Assembly: GCA_001786575.1 (NCBI GenBank)
Contig: MFRW01000003.1
Coordinates: 8,469-72,468 of the forward strand
Length of the DNA stretch: 64,000 bases
From: Candidatus Moranbacteria bacterium RIFCSPHIGHO2_01_FULL_55_24
GTDB taxonomy: Bacteria; Patescibacteriota; Minisyncoccia; Moranbacterales; UBA1568
Direction: 5' to 3'
The translations under genes and the position numbers were made by a program. The notes under the pieces are model-generated. The model saw only the letters and a program-made list of their open reading frames with translations, searched no databases and had not been told where the DNA came from. Shown piece after piece: positions 22,658 to 35,027 of this stretch; positions within the stretch are counted from its first letter, which is position 1, and each line of letters opens with the position of its first letter.

Positions 22658-23365
22658 CTATCGGGATGACGGGAGCGCGGAAAGCGCTACATATTCTTCC
22701 ACCCGCTCGGGATGGACGATCACTTCTATCGGTCCCTCGCCGGGAAAGTCGGCCTCCCGGAATCCGTTCCCGAACCAGTCCAGGCTCGTCACGGTATCGC
22801 TCGTGGCGCGCGGCAGAGCGGCGAACGCTTTGGTCGAGAAGCGATGCAGGAACGAGAGGATCCAGGCCACCAGCTGCTTCTCACTTCCCGCCTGGACGCC
22901 ATGCTTCCCGAAGCGTACGTAGGCGATGCCATGCGTATGCGCGAGTTTGATCAGCGCTCGGAAGAACGGCGGGTAGTAATGCACGTTCTCGTGCGAATTG
23001 AGCCCGTCCGGCACCCGGCCGAAAGCTTCGCGGAACATCTCGATCTGCTCGCGCCAGACATGTGCCACCCGCGCCTCGGTCAGACGACCGGAAAGCAGGC
23101 GGAACAAGAAACTGATGAGACGGGTGATCACGCTTTCCTCCACCTGCTCGCCGCTCGCCAAGAGCCCGCGCAGGTCCAAGTGAAGGTCGATCGGGATTCC
23201 GGTCGCCTTGAGCCTCTCGCAGTCGCTTTCGGAAACTTCGCGGATGAGCACGGCGACCCGATCGATCTTCCCGGCCTGCACCAATTCCAAAGTTACCGGC
23301 ACGGTATCCCGGATGCCGTAATCGTCTGCGACGATCACCAGTTTTCGGCGTTTCTCCGGATTCAT
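22658..23365 (-). CDS. ChbG/YdjC family carbohydrate deacetylase
   Basis: ADDYG, LHLD, NSHENVH, EVIVHP. Confidence 0.85.
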   Translation of the reverse strand: MNPEKRRKLVIVADDYGIRDTVPVTLELVQAGKIDRVAVLIREVSESDCERLKATGIPIDLHLDLRGLLASGEQVEESVITRLISFLFRLLSGRLTEARVAHVWREQIEMFREAFGRVPDGLNSHENVHYYPPFFRALIKLAHTHGIAYVRFGKHGVQAGSEKQLVAWILSFLHRFSTKAFAALPRATSDTVTSLDWFGNGFREADFPGEGPIEVIVHPERVEEYVALSALPSSR

Positions 23366-23676
23366 AGCTTCACCCGATCAGTGCTGATAAAAGGAACGCC
23401 CTCCTTGCGGAGGAGCAAGGCTTTCTGCCGGCTGCCGCCGCGGTTGTACCCGCCCATCTTCCCGTCCGCGCGGACTACCCGATGGCACGGGATCGCTTCA
23501 TCGTAGTTTCCTTTCATAAGGCTTCCCACGGCCCGAGCCGCTCCCGGAAAGCCGGCTTTCCCGGCGACCGTGCCATACGTCATCACCCGGCCTTCGGGGA
23601 TGGCGCGTACTGCCTGTCGCACCCGCTCTCTGAATTTCGTGCTCACGGATTTTTTTCCGATCCTAGGCTTTGCCAT
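23362..23676 (-). CDS. Single-domain O6-alkylguanine DNA alkyltransferase (MGMT family)
   Basis: IPEGRVMTYG, ARAVG, PCHRVV with active-site Cys. Confidence 0.9.
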   Translation of the reverse strand: MAKPRIGKKSVSTKFRERVRQAVRAIPEGRVMTYGTVAGKAGFPGAARAVGSLMKGNYDEAIPCHRVVRADGKMGGYNRGGSRQKALLLRKEGVPFISTDRVKL

Positions 23677-23766
23677 ATGTTTTGCATTATCACCAAAGCC
23701 TCTCCACCCGAGGACGGATGAGAGGCTTATCGTACGAAAGGTCTTCCTTAGCTGCTCAAGAGAAGA

Positions 23767-24585
23767 CTATTCACCGAAAGCTGCTTTCAATTCTTTCTGG
23801 GCTGCTTCCAGAGTCGTACGGAAGTCAGTAAAAGCTTTCTCGAGAGAAGTCTGCCGGGTTTTCGCGAGCGCTTTCACCTGCCCCCCTACCTTATCGCTTG
23901 CCTGCCGGTCAGACTGCAGGGCTTCGCGGGCCGCCTGCATATCGGAGAGGAACTCTTCTCGGACGGTTTTGGCATCAGTGCCCTTCTCGCAGGAAGCCTT
24001 GGCTTCAGCCAAAGCGGCATTGGTAGCGGAGGTGAATTTCTTTTTCACGGAATCGATACCGCTCTGGCGTCCGGATACGGTATTCTCGACACTCGTACGG
24101 AAAGAAGTGATAGCGGCATCCACGGCAGTGCGGCGCGTCTTGATCGCGGCCTCGACCGTCGTCTTGAACTTCTCTACTGCGGCCTTCTCTGCATCAGTAT
24201 CGGCCTTTTCCAAAAGCTTGGCGTACATCTGGACGCGTCGCTCGTCGCCGCCATCGCGCTTCCCTTCGAGCAACTGATCACGCTTGGTGCGCTTTTCTTC
24301 AAGACGCTTCAGGCGATTATCCTGGCGTTCGTCGATCTTGCCGCTTCGCTCATCAAGACGGGCAGAAATCTGGGAAGCGTTTTCGATAAAGCGGGTGCAG
24401 AAAGCTTTCTGACGTTCATCCAAGAGTCCTTGGCGGTTCGCCTGGCGCTCTTCGATCATGGTCTGGCGCTCCGCTTTTCTCTCCTCGGCACGTTCCTTCA
24501 GGTTCTGGGCCGACACGATCAAGGGCGATCCCGCAATTATCAAAGCTGCGGCGAACGCCGAAAATTTATAGGCTGTTTTCATCAT
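23767..24585 (-). CDS. Secreted helical/coiled-coil hypothetical protein
   Basis: Signal peptide; charged helical sequence. Confidence 0.75.
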   Translation of the reverse strand: MMKTAYKFSAFAAALIIAGSPLIVSAQNLKERAEERKAERQTMIEERQANRQGLLDERQKAFCTRFIENASQISARLDERSGKIDERQDNRLKRLEEKRTKRDQLLEGKRDGGDERRVQMYAKLLEKADTDAEKAAVEKFKTTVEAAIKTRRTAVDAAITSFRTSVENTVSGRQSGIDSVKKKFTSATNAALAEAKASCEKGTDAKTVREEFLSDMQAAREALQSDRQASDKVGGQVKALAKTRQTSLEKAFTDFRTTLEAAQKELKAAFGE

Positions 24586-24904
24586 ATGATTCGCTTAAGT
24601 CATTTACGCTCTGGCTATCGCTCTGGATCTCGGCTTCCGTATCGGAGCTTTCCTCATCGAAAGCTTCCGCTTCGATCATCGTTTCGCTCTCGATCTCCTG
24701 GGTGATACCATCGATATTCTCCGGAACCGGTTTCGTCTCCGCGGTCGGGGCTTCTGCCGCTTCCTTGTCCATAGCTCTTTGTGTCATAGCGTCCCGGCCG
24801 TCATCCGCAAATTGCCGGTAGATGAGGGCACCTGCGGCGATGATGGCAAAAACCGCAATGGCAACCCCTGTTGTCTGGTTTTTTGTCATACTCTTTATTT
24901 TCAA
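24566..24904 (-). CDS. Small membrane-anchored acidic protein
   Basis: N-terminal TM helix; overlaps the start of the next gene. Confidence 0.65.
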   Translation of the reverse strand: MKIKSMTKNQTTGVAIAVFAIIAAGALIYRQFADDGRDAMTQRAMDKEAAEAPTAETKPVPENIDGITQEIESETMIEAEAFDEESSDTEAEIQSDSQSVNDLSESYDENSL

Positions 24905-24960
24905 AACTTACGCTGTGATTCCTATTATACCTCGAAAAATCAGGACACCAAAAAGCCCCT

Positions 24961-27033
<2,073 letters not shown>

Positions 27034-27055
27034 TTTTAGGGTAGCACACCGGGAA

Positions 27056-27745
27056 TCAGCGCTTCATCCCCCGGAGCTTGGAGAGACATCTCTCGAAAAT
27101 CCGGACGCCGGCTCCGCGATGCAGGTAGAGATATCCGAGGAAGGCTGCCACCGCTACCCACGCGAGGATGTCGGCATAATATTTGTAATCATTCACGTTC
27201 TGCCACAGGCGGTTGAGCGAAGCGAGGCCTGCATAGCCGAGCACCATGTAGCCGAGGTCCTTGACGAAGTTTCCGAGGAAAGAGGCTATGAGGAATACTC
27301 TGGTATTGATCTTCACGATTCCGCACGCGATCGAGGTAAGCGTGACCGGAAAGAACGGTGTCGCGCGCATCATGAAGAGCGCTCCGCCGTCCTTCCAGTG
27401 GTGTCCGCTGAAACGCTGGCCGATACTCTCGACTTCGGCATGGCCCACGCCGAAGAGACGTTGCAGGCGCGGGATGAGGATGTCTTCCAGGCGATCGCCT
27501 ATCCAGTAATAGAAGTACGCTCCGAAGAGGCGCGCCACATTGCCGATGAGCGCCAGAAAGACGAGCGCTACAAGCGAGCGGCCGTCAGCCAGCGCGAGCG
27601 ATCCGGTGATTCCCATGACAAGCGAGGCCGGAATGAAGCTGAAGATCTCTTCGAAGAGAGAACCGAGAAAGACGAACCATTCCAAGGGCACTTGGGAAGC
27701 GAAAAGGCGGAACCATTGTTCGATAGATCCGAAAAACTGCATCAT
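27056..27745 (-). CDS. DedA/VTT family membrane protein
   Basis: EE..P, YWIG, RATPFFP motifs with TM helices. Confidence 0.85.
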   Translation of the reverse strand: MMQFFGSIEQWFRLFASQVPLEWFVFLGSLFEEIFSFIPASLVMGITGSLALADGRSLVALVFLALIGNVARLFGAYFYYWIGDRLEDILIPRLQRLFGVGHAEVESIGQRFSGHHWKDGGALFMMRATPFFPVTLTSIACGIVKINTRVFLIASFLGNFVKDLGYMVLGYAGLASLNRLWQNVNDYKYYADILAWVAVAAFLGYLYLHRGAGVRIFERCLSKLRGMKR

Positions 27746-27804
27746 GCGGGTTTTGTCTGCGTCAAAGAGAAAAAGGGAATGCCGGATTTCTCTCCAAGTA
27801 TACC

Positions 27805-29040
27805 TTACTTGTCGAAGTCGGCATCCACGAATGTGAGGGCGATCCCCTTCTTGCCTGCCCGGCCGGTACGGCCGATGCGATGGACGTAGTCGTCGTAGGT
27901 TTCCGGAATATCGTAATTGATGACATGCGTGACGTCAGGGATATCCAATCCGCGCGCGGCCACATCGGTCGCGACGAGGACCTGGACTTCGTCCCGGGTG
28001 AAGCGCTTGAGTGCGCGGCTCCGGGCCGACTGGGTCTTGTCGCCATGGATGGCGTCCACGCGGAAGCCGCGTTCAGTCAGCTGGCGTGCCAAATGTTCCA
28101 CACCGCGCTTGGTCCGTCCGAAAATAATCACTTTGGAGAAGTCGCGGTCCAGGAGCAGCTGATGCAGGAGGTCAATCTTCACGTCCTTCTTGCCGACGCG
28201 GATGACATCCTGGATGACATTCTGCGAAGTTGCCCGCGGCTTGACGGTAAACGTCAGCGGATCCTGCAGGAACTGCGCGGCGAGCTCGGAAATGAGCTTC
28301 GGCATGGTGGCCGAGAAGAACAGGAGGAGACGCGGCTTGCTGATCTGGAGGAGCATCTTCTTCACGTCCTTGAGGAATCCCATGTCGAGCATGCGATCCA
28401 CTTCGTCCAAAACGACGGCCTGGAAATTCCGCACATCGAGCTTCTTGCGCTCGATGAGATCCAAGAGACGGCCAGGCGTCCCGATCACGAAGTGCGGGTT
28501 CCTCGCCAAGGTGCGGATCTGCTCATCGAGGTAAGTGCCGCCGATACAAACGACGGAACCGATACGGAGGCCGTGTGCGAAGAGACGGAACTCGCGATCG
28601 ATCTGTTCTGCCAGTTCGCGGGTCGGTGCGATGATGAGAGTGCGATGGTTCGGATTCTTGAGCGTCTTGTGGATGAGCGGCAGGAGGAAGGCTGCGGTCT
28701 TGCCGGTTCCGGTATTCGCGACTCCGATGACGTCACGTCCTTCGAGGATGACCGGGATGGTCAACCCTTGGATCGGCGTCGGGTGGAGAAGGTTCCGATG
28801 GGCGAGATTCTTCTTGATCCGCTCGTCGAGCTTGAAATCATCGAAGTGAGCCACCGGGCTCTCGATGATCGGCAGGTCTCCCGGCTCTATATGGCCCTTG
28901 GTAATGCGCGTCAAATCGAACGAGATCTTCCCCAGCTTCTTCTTGTGCTTGATCTCGCCCCGACGCTTCTTCTGGATAAACTTCTTCTTTCCTGGGGACA
29001 CGGCGCGTTTGCGCTTTCCCCGTACAACTTTCGTTGCCAT
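27805..29040 (-). CDS. DEAD-box RNA helicase
   Basis: PTPIQ, TGTGKT, PTRELA, DEVD, SAT, HRIGRTGR; basic N-terminal tail. Confidence 0.96.
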   Translation of the reverse strand: MATKVVRGKRKRAVSPGKKKFIQKKRRGEIKHKKKLGKISFDLTRITKGHIEPGDLPIIESPVAHFDDFKLDERIKKNLAHRNLLHPTPIQGLTIPVILEGRDVIGVANTGTGKTAAFLLPLIHKTLKNPNHRTLIIAPTRELAEQIDREFRLFAHGLRIGSVVCIGGTYLDEQIRTLARNPHFVIGTPGRLLDLIERKKLDVRNFQAVVLDEVDRMLDMGFLKDVKKMLLQISKPRLLLFFSATMPKLISELAAQFLQDPLTFTVKPRATSQNVIQDVIRVGKKDVKIDLLHQLLLDRDFSKVIIFGRTKRGVEHLARQLTERGFRVDAIHGDKTQSARSRALKRFTRDEVQVLVATDVAARGLDIPDVTHVINYDIPETYDDYVHRIGRTGRAGKKGIALTFVDADFDK

Positions 29041-29232
29041 AAACATACATACTAATGATATTATCTCGCAAAAAGTTGCAAGATAATACATCGTCTGATG
29101 TCTTCACTTGCGCGTCCGCCACCCGGGGTGGACAGGAAACAGGGCCCGAGGGTCTGTCTCTTCTTCTTTGCTGGCCAACAAAAACAGCCTATCTATCAGG
29201 CTGTATATTCGACATTTAATTAAAGCAGAGAT

Positions 29233-29460
29233 TTATGGCTTTGTCAAACCGGCAGGTTCCGGGGAGCGGCTTTTCCTCCCATCCAAGTGCTCCTGGATGA
29301 CTTTCGCATCCATTTCCGTGCGGACGCTCCGCTCGGCATACGCGGCTACCTTGAGCCCGGCCACGACGGTGATGCAGGCAAAGCTGACACTCAAGATAAG
29401 TATCAAGAGAAAGGCCATGCCGGAGGAAATCTCTCTGCCGAGTCCGAAAGAAGAAGTCAT
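29233..29460 (-). CDS. Small membrane hypothetical protein
   Basis: Single hydrophobic helix; starts 3 nt after the upstream ORF. Confidence 0.45.
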   Translation of the reverse strand: MTSSFGLGREISSGMAFLLILILSVSFACITVVAGLKVAAYAERSVRTEMDAKVIQEHLDGRKSRSPEPAGLTKP

Positions 29461-29463
29461 AGG

Positions 29464-29736
29464 CTAGAGTTCTTCGTCGAGCGTCTTATCGATGATCTGG
29501 ATGTCCCGGTCGCTTAGATGGTTCGCGCCCCGGTGCTCGCGGAGGGCCCGGACCAACTGATCTTTTTCCCGGCGATCGATGCCGTGGTGGACACCCGGCT
29601 CATTGAGCGCCGCATCAGCTGTCTCCGAGAGCCGGTCGATCTCGTTATGCGTCAGACCGCGACTGTAAAGCTTGTTCCGCACATCATTCTTGAAATCACG
29701 CGGCATGATGCGTTTGGATGGAAAGAAGAGTCCCAT
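29464..29736 (-). CDS. Small hypothetical protein
   Basis: Clean ORF with TATACT -10 box just upstream. Confidence 0.65.
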   Translation of the reverse strand: MGLFFPSKRIMPRDFKNDVRNKLYSRGLTHNEIDRLSETADAALNEPGVHHGIDRREKDQLVRALREHRGANHLSDRDIQIIDKTLDEEL

Positions 29737-29839
29737 AGGCGTTTCTTTTTTTCAGTATACCCCAAGTACGCCTCCGGGACAAAAGAAAAGGGGCGCGAGA
29801 ATACATGTACTCGCGCCCCGCATCAGGAACTATGAAGCG

Positions 29840-30106
29840 TTATTTTCGGATAGAAATCCTGCTCACCTGGGACGACCCTCCTCCAGCGCGCAGTTTCCGT
29901 TCCGTTCTTGAGCGCTTGCGAGCGAGAAATTCATCGGCTTCCGCCTTGAGCTTCTGCTCGAGAGACTTCAAGAAATCATCAGGTTCATGGACCGGACTCG
30001 GAAACAACAGGATGACCTCTGCACTGACGAGCTGTTTGTCAGCCTGTTTTTCGTCCGCTCCCTTCAAGGAAAGTTTTTTCCTTCCGATGACTGCCCCTTT
30101 AGACAT
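29840..30106 (-). CDS. Orphan hypothetical protein
   Basis: TTGACG-17-TAAACT promoter (30275-30247), AAGGGG SD, downstream hairpin. Confidence 0.5.
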   Translation of the reverse strand: MSKGAVIGRKKLSLKGADEKQADKQLVSAEVILLFPSPVHEPDDFLKSLEQKLKAEADEFLARKRSRTERKLRAGGGSSQVSRISIRK

Positions 30107-30288
30107 AACTGTAGACCCCTTTCAGTAAAACGAAGGTATGGAGTGTGAAATGCCTCGTCGCTTCAAACCAGGCTTTCAGATGCCTTCTCTTCGGAAAAGC
30201 CGCTGAAAGTCTGATTCGAAACCCTTCAAAGAACCTATAATCGGATAGTTTAGCTGATTTGAAGGGACGCGTCAATCACCCTCTACTA

Positions 30289-31272
30289 TTATTCAGGCGT
30301 CTCCCGATACGCATTGATTACGACCGATAATCGATCACTATAATAGCGCCCGAGTTCCAGGATATTCTCCAGGCTCAAGACGCTTGTCGCCCGGCAATAG
30401 CCATCGAACGCCGCCCGGTCTTCCGGTGTCAGCGTGACCGGGGTCACCGTCTGGGCCTGCATGAGATAGTACATGAGAGACTCCGGATTTTCAACATGGT
30501 CCAGCCCGAGGGCATGGCCGAACTCATGGGCGAGGACCAGCCGTAGCTCGTCACGATCGCGGAACTGGTACACATTTATCTGCCGTCCCTGGTACTCTCC
30601 CTGATCGAACTCTTCTGCCGGCCCATAACGCTCCTGGTATGCCTCGAGCGTATTGTTGAATGTCTCGACGACTTTCCCCTCCGCACGGGCGAGTTTGTTC
30701 AGCTGCTCCACCAGAACATTGATCTTCGTACGTTCGGCATTGAGCGCTTCGGCTTCGCGCCGCAGGGCGCTCGCCTCTCCCTGGAGGCGCTCGTATTCGT
30801 CCGGCGGCGCCCCGCCTTCCTTGTTCCACTTCTTCACATCGCGCTCGTATTCCGCGAGGCGCGCCTCATAAGCGGCTGCTTTTTTCTCATAGGTCCGGAG
30901 GCGCGTATCGTAGTCCGCCTTTGCCGTGTCGTACTTCTTGCCGATGCTTTCCTGCTCGACAGCGGTCTTGGCACCCTCGGCTTCTACCTTTTTCTGCGCG
31001 AGCGTCTGTTCCTGGCGCTCATCGAACACCAGATTCACCACGAACGCGGCGGATGCGTCGTGCTGGAAAAGATTCCTTCCGGCATAGGATTCCCAGGGCT
31101 TCTCGGCTTCCTCGAGGACCTGCTGCAATTCCGTCCGGCTGATGCCGAAGCGCTCATCCACCGCGCCGAGCGAATAGTCGAGCCTTTCCTTGCAGGGCAC
31201 CAGGGAAGAGAGGATGAAGACGCCGCCGAAGAGGACGATTAAGAGGACTGCGAATTGTATTCCGAAACGCAT
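30289..31272 (-). CDS. Matrixin (M10-like) metalloprotease with inserted coiled coil
   Basis: HEFGHALGLDH and SLMY Met-turn; N-terminal TM helix. Confidence 0.9.
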   Translation of the reverse strand: MRFGIQFAVLLIVLFGGVFILSSLVPCKERLDYSLGAVDERFGISRTELQQVLEEAEKPWESYAGRNLFQHDASAAFVVNLVFDERQEQTLAQKKVEAEGAKTAVEQESIGKKYDTAKADYDTRLRTYEKKAAAYEARLAEYERDVKKWNKEGGAPPDEYERLQGEASALRREAEALNAERTKINVLVEQLNKLARAEGKVVETFNNTLEAYQERYGPAEEFDQGEYQGRQINVYQFRDRDELRLVLAHEFGHALGLDHVENPESLMYYLMQAQTVTPVTLTPEDRAAFDGYCRATSVLSLENILELGRYYSDRLSVVINAYRETPE

Positions 31273-31288
31273 ACGCTGTTCCCCTTCT

Positions 31289-31705
31289 CTACGCTTGGCT
31301 CTGATTTTTATGAAGCTTCTCTTCCTTGCGCTGGATCCGCTCATCTGCCCCGATCTTCAAGGCCATGAATTCTTCATGGAACTTCTGGATGTCCGAATCC
31401 GACATGTTCTCGATATCCAGGAGCTGGTTCCGGGCGTTCCGCATCGAGCGGATGAGCTCGTCGAGCTTCAGGTGGATCGCTTTGTTATCGCGGTTCTGGG
31501 TGTTCTGGATGAGGAAGACCATGAGGAACGTCAGGATCGTCGTTCCGGTATTGATGATGAGCTGCCAGGTATCCGAGTAGCCGAAGGTCGGTCCGGAAAA
31601 GACCCAGAGCACGACAATAGCTATCGCGAGCACGAACGCCATCGGCGTTCCTACCGCTTCCGATGTCTTCTGCGCGATCCTATGGAACAGTTCGCCTATG
31701 CTCAT
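31289..31705 (-). CDS. Low-affinity iron permease (Fet4-like) family protein
   Basis: SDTWQLIINTGTTI.TFLMVFLIQNTQNRD..AIHLKLDELI. Confidence 0.92.
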   Translation of the reverse strand: MSIGELFHRIAQKTSEAVGTPMAFVLAIAIVVLWVFSGPTFGYSDTWQLIINTGTTILTFLMVFLIQNTQNRDNKAIHLKLDELIRSMRNARNQLLDIENMSDSDIQKFHEEFMALKIGADERIQRKEEKLHKNQSQA

Positions 31706-31839
31706 ATATTTATATGAAGGATATATGGATATATGCGAGTATTGTACCACCAAAGAAATCCCCAGGAAACAAAGGCAGACAAAAACCCCGCTTCACTTCT
31801 ATAAAATGAAACGGGGTTAATAGCGCGCGAGAGCAGGCA

Positions 31840-32388
31840 TCAGGCCATCCTCTCGAACACGAAGTGTGCCGCAGGGTCGCAGGCATGCCTGTGAGATACC
31901 TTGCGGACATAGAGCCACGGATTACCATTCACCTTCCCGAAAGAGAAGATGAGGAAACCTACTGGCCCGGCAGTCACGATCGTCAGCCACTCGTCGCGAT
32001 CGGTCTCATACTGGAGACAGAGATCACGTACTTCGCCCATCGAACACTGGCTGAAGCGGTGACCCAGAGCGGATTCGCATAATTCTCCGACGGGAGCTGC
32101 CCTGGAAAACCCGAGAGGCACTCCCTCGACGATCACGATTTCCGTCTCCGACGCCCTCTTTTCCAGAACGGCGTCTATGGGACTCCTGGAGAGAAGTTCC
32201 TCGGCCAGCGTGACTGCACGCACTCCTTTTTTCTTCAAAGCCTCCTTCGTCTGCTTGTTCCCCATGAAGCGCCCGGCCGGAAGCCAGATGCTTTTTAAAA
32301 CAGGAATCCGAGAAGAAGGTGCTGGCGTGTGAAAGAACTCTGGAGAGTTATAGGTATCCAGGATACCCTCTGTATCATGAAGCAACAT
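31840..32388 (-). CDS. Orphan hypothetical protein
   Basis: 182-aa ORF; TTGACA and TATAAT boxes upstream; AGGA SD. Confidence 0.55.
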   Translation of the reverse strand: MLLHDTEGILDTYNSPEFFHTPAPSSRIPVLKSIWLPAGRFMGNKQTKEALKKKGVRAVTLAEELLSRSPIDAVLEKRASETEIVIVEGVPLGFSRAAPVGELCESALGHRFSQCSMGEVRDLCLQYETDRDEWLTIVTAGPVGFLIFSFGKVNGNPWLYVRKVSHRHACDPAAHFVFERMA

Positions 32389-32600
32389 GATGACATCCTT
32401 TCCTAACTTTGGTTTCTACACAAATTTTTGTGTTTGTTCTAATAACATTATACACCTTTTTTAGCGATTTGTCAATGGTAGAATCCCGAAAAAAGTCAAG
32501 TGGATAACTCCCCTTTTTCAAGCCATTTCTTCTCAAGGCCCCAAAATCAAGGTGTCCGGGTTAGGCTTTTGAGACAAATGAGACAACATCATGTCTCCAA

Positions 32601-33368
32601 TCACCCCGCTAGCTCCTTAATGATCTGGTCAAAAAGTGGCTTCATATACTCGTCAAGCTTTATATCATCCCGCAAGAAAAATGTTTCCAGCTCATTCTTC
32701 TCTTTTTTGAGAGCGATAATTTTTCCAAACTCTGGATTCTCGCCACTCTCTATCAGGTTCTTCGAAAAGGCATCGTACTTCTCTAAAAATTCGTCCTTTG
32801 TCTCATTCAAAAGAACCTCGTATACCACGGTCATCTTATCTGTCGGACCACCCTCCTTCAGATATGCCTCGTCAAAATACGTAACGCGAGAGGTGTCCGA
32901 TGCATCAATATCAAGCTCCTCCTTGAGCTCTTTTTCGATGTTATGCTTGAAGTCAAAATATTCGCCTCTCAGGTCATCGTTGTCGATACCCCCACCACAG
33001 AGCTGATGGATACCTGCTCGAGAGGTTTGAGGACCCATTTCGCCGAAAATCGTATAATTGTCAGATGTCTCTACTAACACAGCCGTATGGATGATACGCA
33101 CACCGTTTTCATCAAGCGATTCGACATTCTGGCAATAGAGATAATGGGCATAGTCGGTCTTTTCTACTAGAATATCTATCGCTTTATCGGCAGCCTCCTT
33201 GTGCGTCACGGTAAATACCTCTCCACGCTTGTATGGTTTTCCGTTGGCAATGAGCTCGTCCCAGTAGGCATCAATCTTCGCTTGGATTTCTTGAGGCAAC
33301 CGGACTTCTCGGTTGCTAAACTTCACGATAATTTCTTTGGTAACTGGAGATACTTTGAAAGGCTTCAT
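32601..33368 (-). CDS. NUDIX-like protein
   Basis: QLCGGGID...KELKEEL degenerate Nudix box. Confidence 0.7.
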   Translation of the reverse strand: MKPFKVSPVTKEIIVKFSNREVRLPQEIQAKIDAYWDELIANGKPYKRGEVFTVTHKEAADKAIDILVEKTDYAHYLYCQNVESLDENGVRIIHTAVLVETSDNYTIFGEMGPQTSRAGIHQLCGGGIDNDDLRGEYFDFKHNIEKELKEELDIDASDTSRVTYFDEAYLKEGGPTDKMTVVYEVLLNETKDEFLEKYDAFSKNLIESGENPEFGKIIALKKEKNELETFFLRDDIKLDEYMKPLFDQIIKELAG

Positions 33369-34333
33369 AGCTCTTTATCTATCTTATTAAACAGGTCCCA
33401 AAATTGCTTAGCTCTAGCCTCGTTATGTTTCGTAGAACTTACATAATGCTCAGAATCCCAGGAAAAATAACTCTGATCAACCGAATCTATCAAAAACCGC
33501 AATGCTAGCTCTAATGTAACACACTTTAGTGCGGATAAGGCTTCGTCATAACCGAGTGCTACTTCAGGATTTCCTTTACAATATCCCACGATAAATTGTC
33601 TAATCCTCTCCGCAAAGCCTAACTTATCATCCAAAGACATCAAAGATCTTAAGCAATCCCCTATATCAATATAGATTGAAGCAAACATGAAAGTATCGTA
33701 ATCAATAAATGTGTAGGGCTTGTTTTCAGATGAAAAGAGGATATTCTCTATGCGCGGATCACCATGTATCAACTGCCGGAAATTCTCTAAGTTTTTAGAA
33801 TACCTTTGCAGATTATCTACGATATTATCTAAAGCATCTCGCAAGCTTTCAGGATAGAGGCTTCGCTCAATCATGAAGGCCTTATTGATATAAAAGTCCT
33901 TGTCATGGAATCCCTCAACCTTATGCAAAGGGAGATATTCCAACGTAGACAAACTCTTATGCAAAGACCCTAAAAGGTTTCCGATATCAAAATAAGCCTC
34001 CTCGTTAAGGAATTCTAGTAAAAAGTCTTTTGCCTCGATGTATTTATAAACCCTCCATATTTCCGACTGAATCAAAACATAATTGCTTCCGTTCTTCGAG
34101 TGCACAAGTATGGGACAGGTCCATCCTTGTTTCGTCAGATGCTCTGCTATAATCTCAAAATCACGCATCAAATCCTTATCAAATATTCCCTGCAAGTGCT
34201 GGACGATATACCTGGACTGATCATTGTTAATTACGTAGAATGTCTCATTAATAAGTCCTCCAGAAAGTTTCTCGACTTCAACGATCCCGCCCAAATCATA
34301 CTGCTCCCAGACTTGCTGGATCTTCTTATGCAT
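33365..34333 (-). CDS. APH-fold kinase resembling N-acetylhexosamine 1-kinase (NahK)
   Basis: GLINETF, HGDPRIENILF, IDYDT, DIGDCLRS. Confidence 0.75.
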   Translation of the reverse strand: MHKKIQQVWEQYDLGGIVEVEKLSGGLINETFYVINNDQSRYIVQHLQGIFDKDLMRDFEIIAEHLTKQGWTCPILVHSKNGSNYVLIQSEIWRVYKYIEAKDFLLEFLNEEAYFDIGNLLGSLHKSLSTLEYLPLHKVEGFHDKDFYINKAFMIERSLYPESLRDALDNIVDNLQRYSKNLENFRQLIHGDPRIENILFSSENKPYTFIDYDTFMFASIYIDIGDCLRSLMSLDDKLGFAERIRQFIVGYCKGNPEVALGYDEALSALKCVTLELALRFLIDSVDQSYFSWDSEHYVSSTKHNEARAKQFWDLFNKIDKEL

Positions 34334-35027
34334 TGATGAAATCATATGGGAAAGCCTTAATGGAGATCTCATCAAAAATTACCCTACTGGGAGTACCTGA
34401 AAGATGCAAGGTCAGGTCAGCAATGTCTTTCGGATGCAAAATATCTTCCTGGACATCCTTATCTACAGAAAGAGACATTTCTGTTAAAACACTCCCTGGA
34501 GACAGCAGGATATAGCGTATGCCTGTATTGAGACCGTCAGACTGCAAAGACTTAACCATGCCCCGCAAACCAGCCTTACTCGCTGCATACGCAGGATCTT
34601 TCGGACTACCAGAAACGCCCCAGCGAGAACCAATAAAAATAAACATGCCCTTCGTGCTTCTCTCCAGAAAGTGCTCCGTGCCATATTTGGCAATATAGAA
34701 AGATCCAGATAAGTTCGTATCTATGGTATCTTGCCAATCCTTACTGTTCGTATTTTCCAGGCTTTTCAATTTTAGTATTCCGGCACAATTAATGATCAAA
34801 TCAAAGTTAACCGATACCGAACCAAAGAGACGCTCAACATTCTCAGATGACGAGATATCAACCGATTGATAGATAAAGTTTTGGTGGTCCTCTAAGTCTT
34901 TCGGCAAATCTTTTGAACGGCTCACTCCATACACGCTATGACCATCTTCCAAAAAGACATGGGCAATTTCAGAGCCTATCCCTCCAGTTACTCCTGTAAT
35001 CAGGACCTGCTTCTGCATCTTATTCAT
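34326..35027 (-). CDS. SDR oxidoreductase
   Basis: TGVTGGIG, NCAG, YAASK. Confidence 0.9.
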   Translation of the reverse strand: MNKMQKQVLITGVTGGIGSEIAHVFLEDGHSVYGVSRSKDLPKDLEDHQNFIYQSVDISSSENVERLFGSVSVNFDLIINCAGILKLKSLENTNSKDWQDTIDTNLSGSFYIAKYGTEHFLERSTKGMFIFIGSRWGVSGSPKDPAYAASKAGLRGMVKSLQSDGLNTGIRYILLSPGSVLTEMSLSVDKDVQEDILHPKDIADLTLHLSGTPSRVIFDEISIKAFPYDFINA

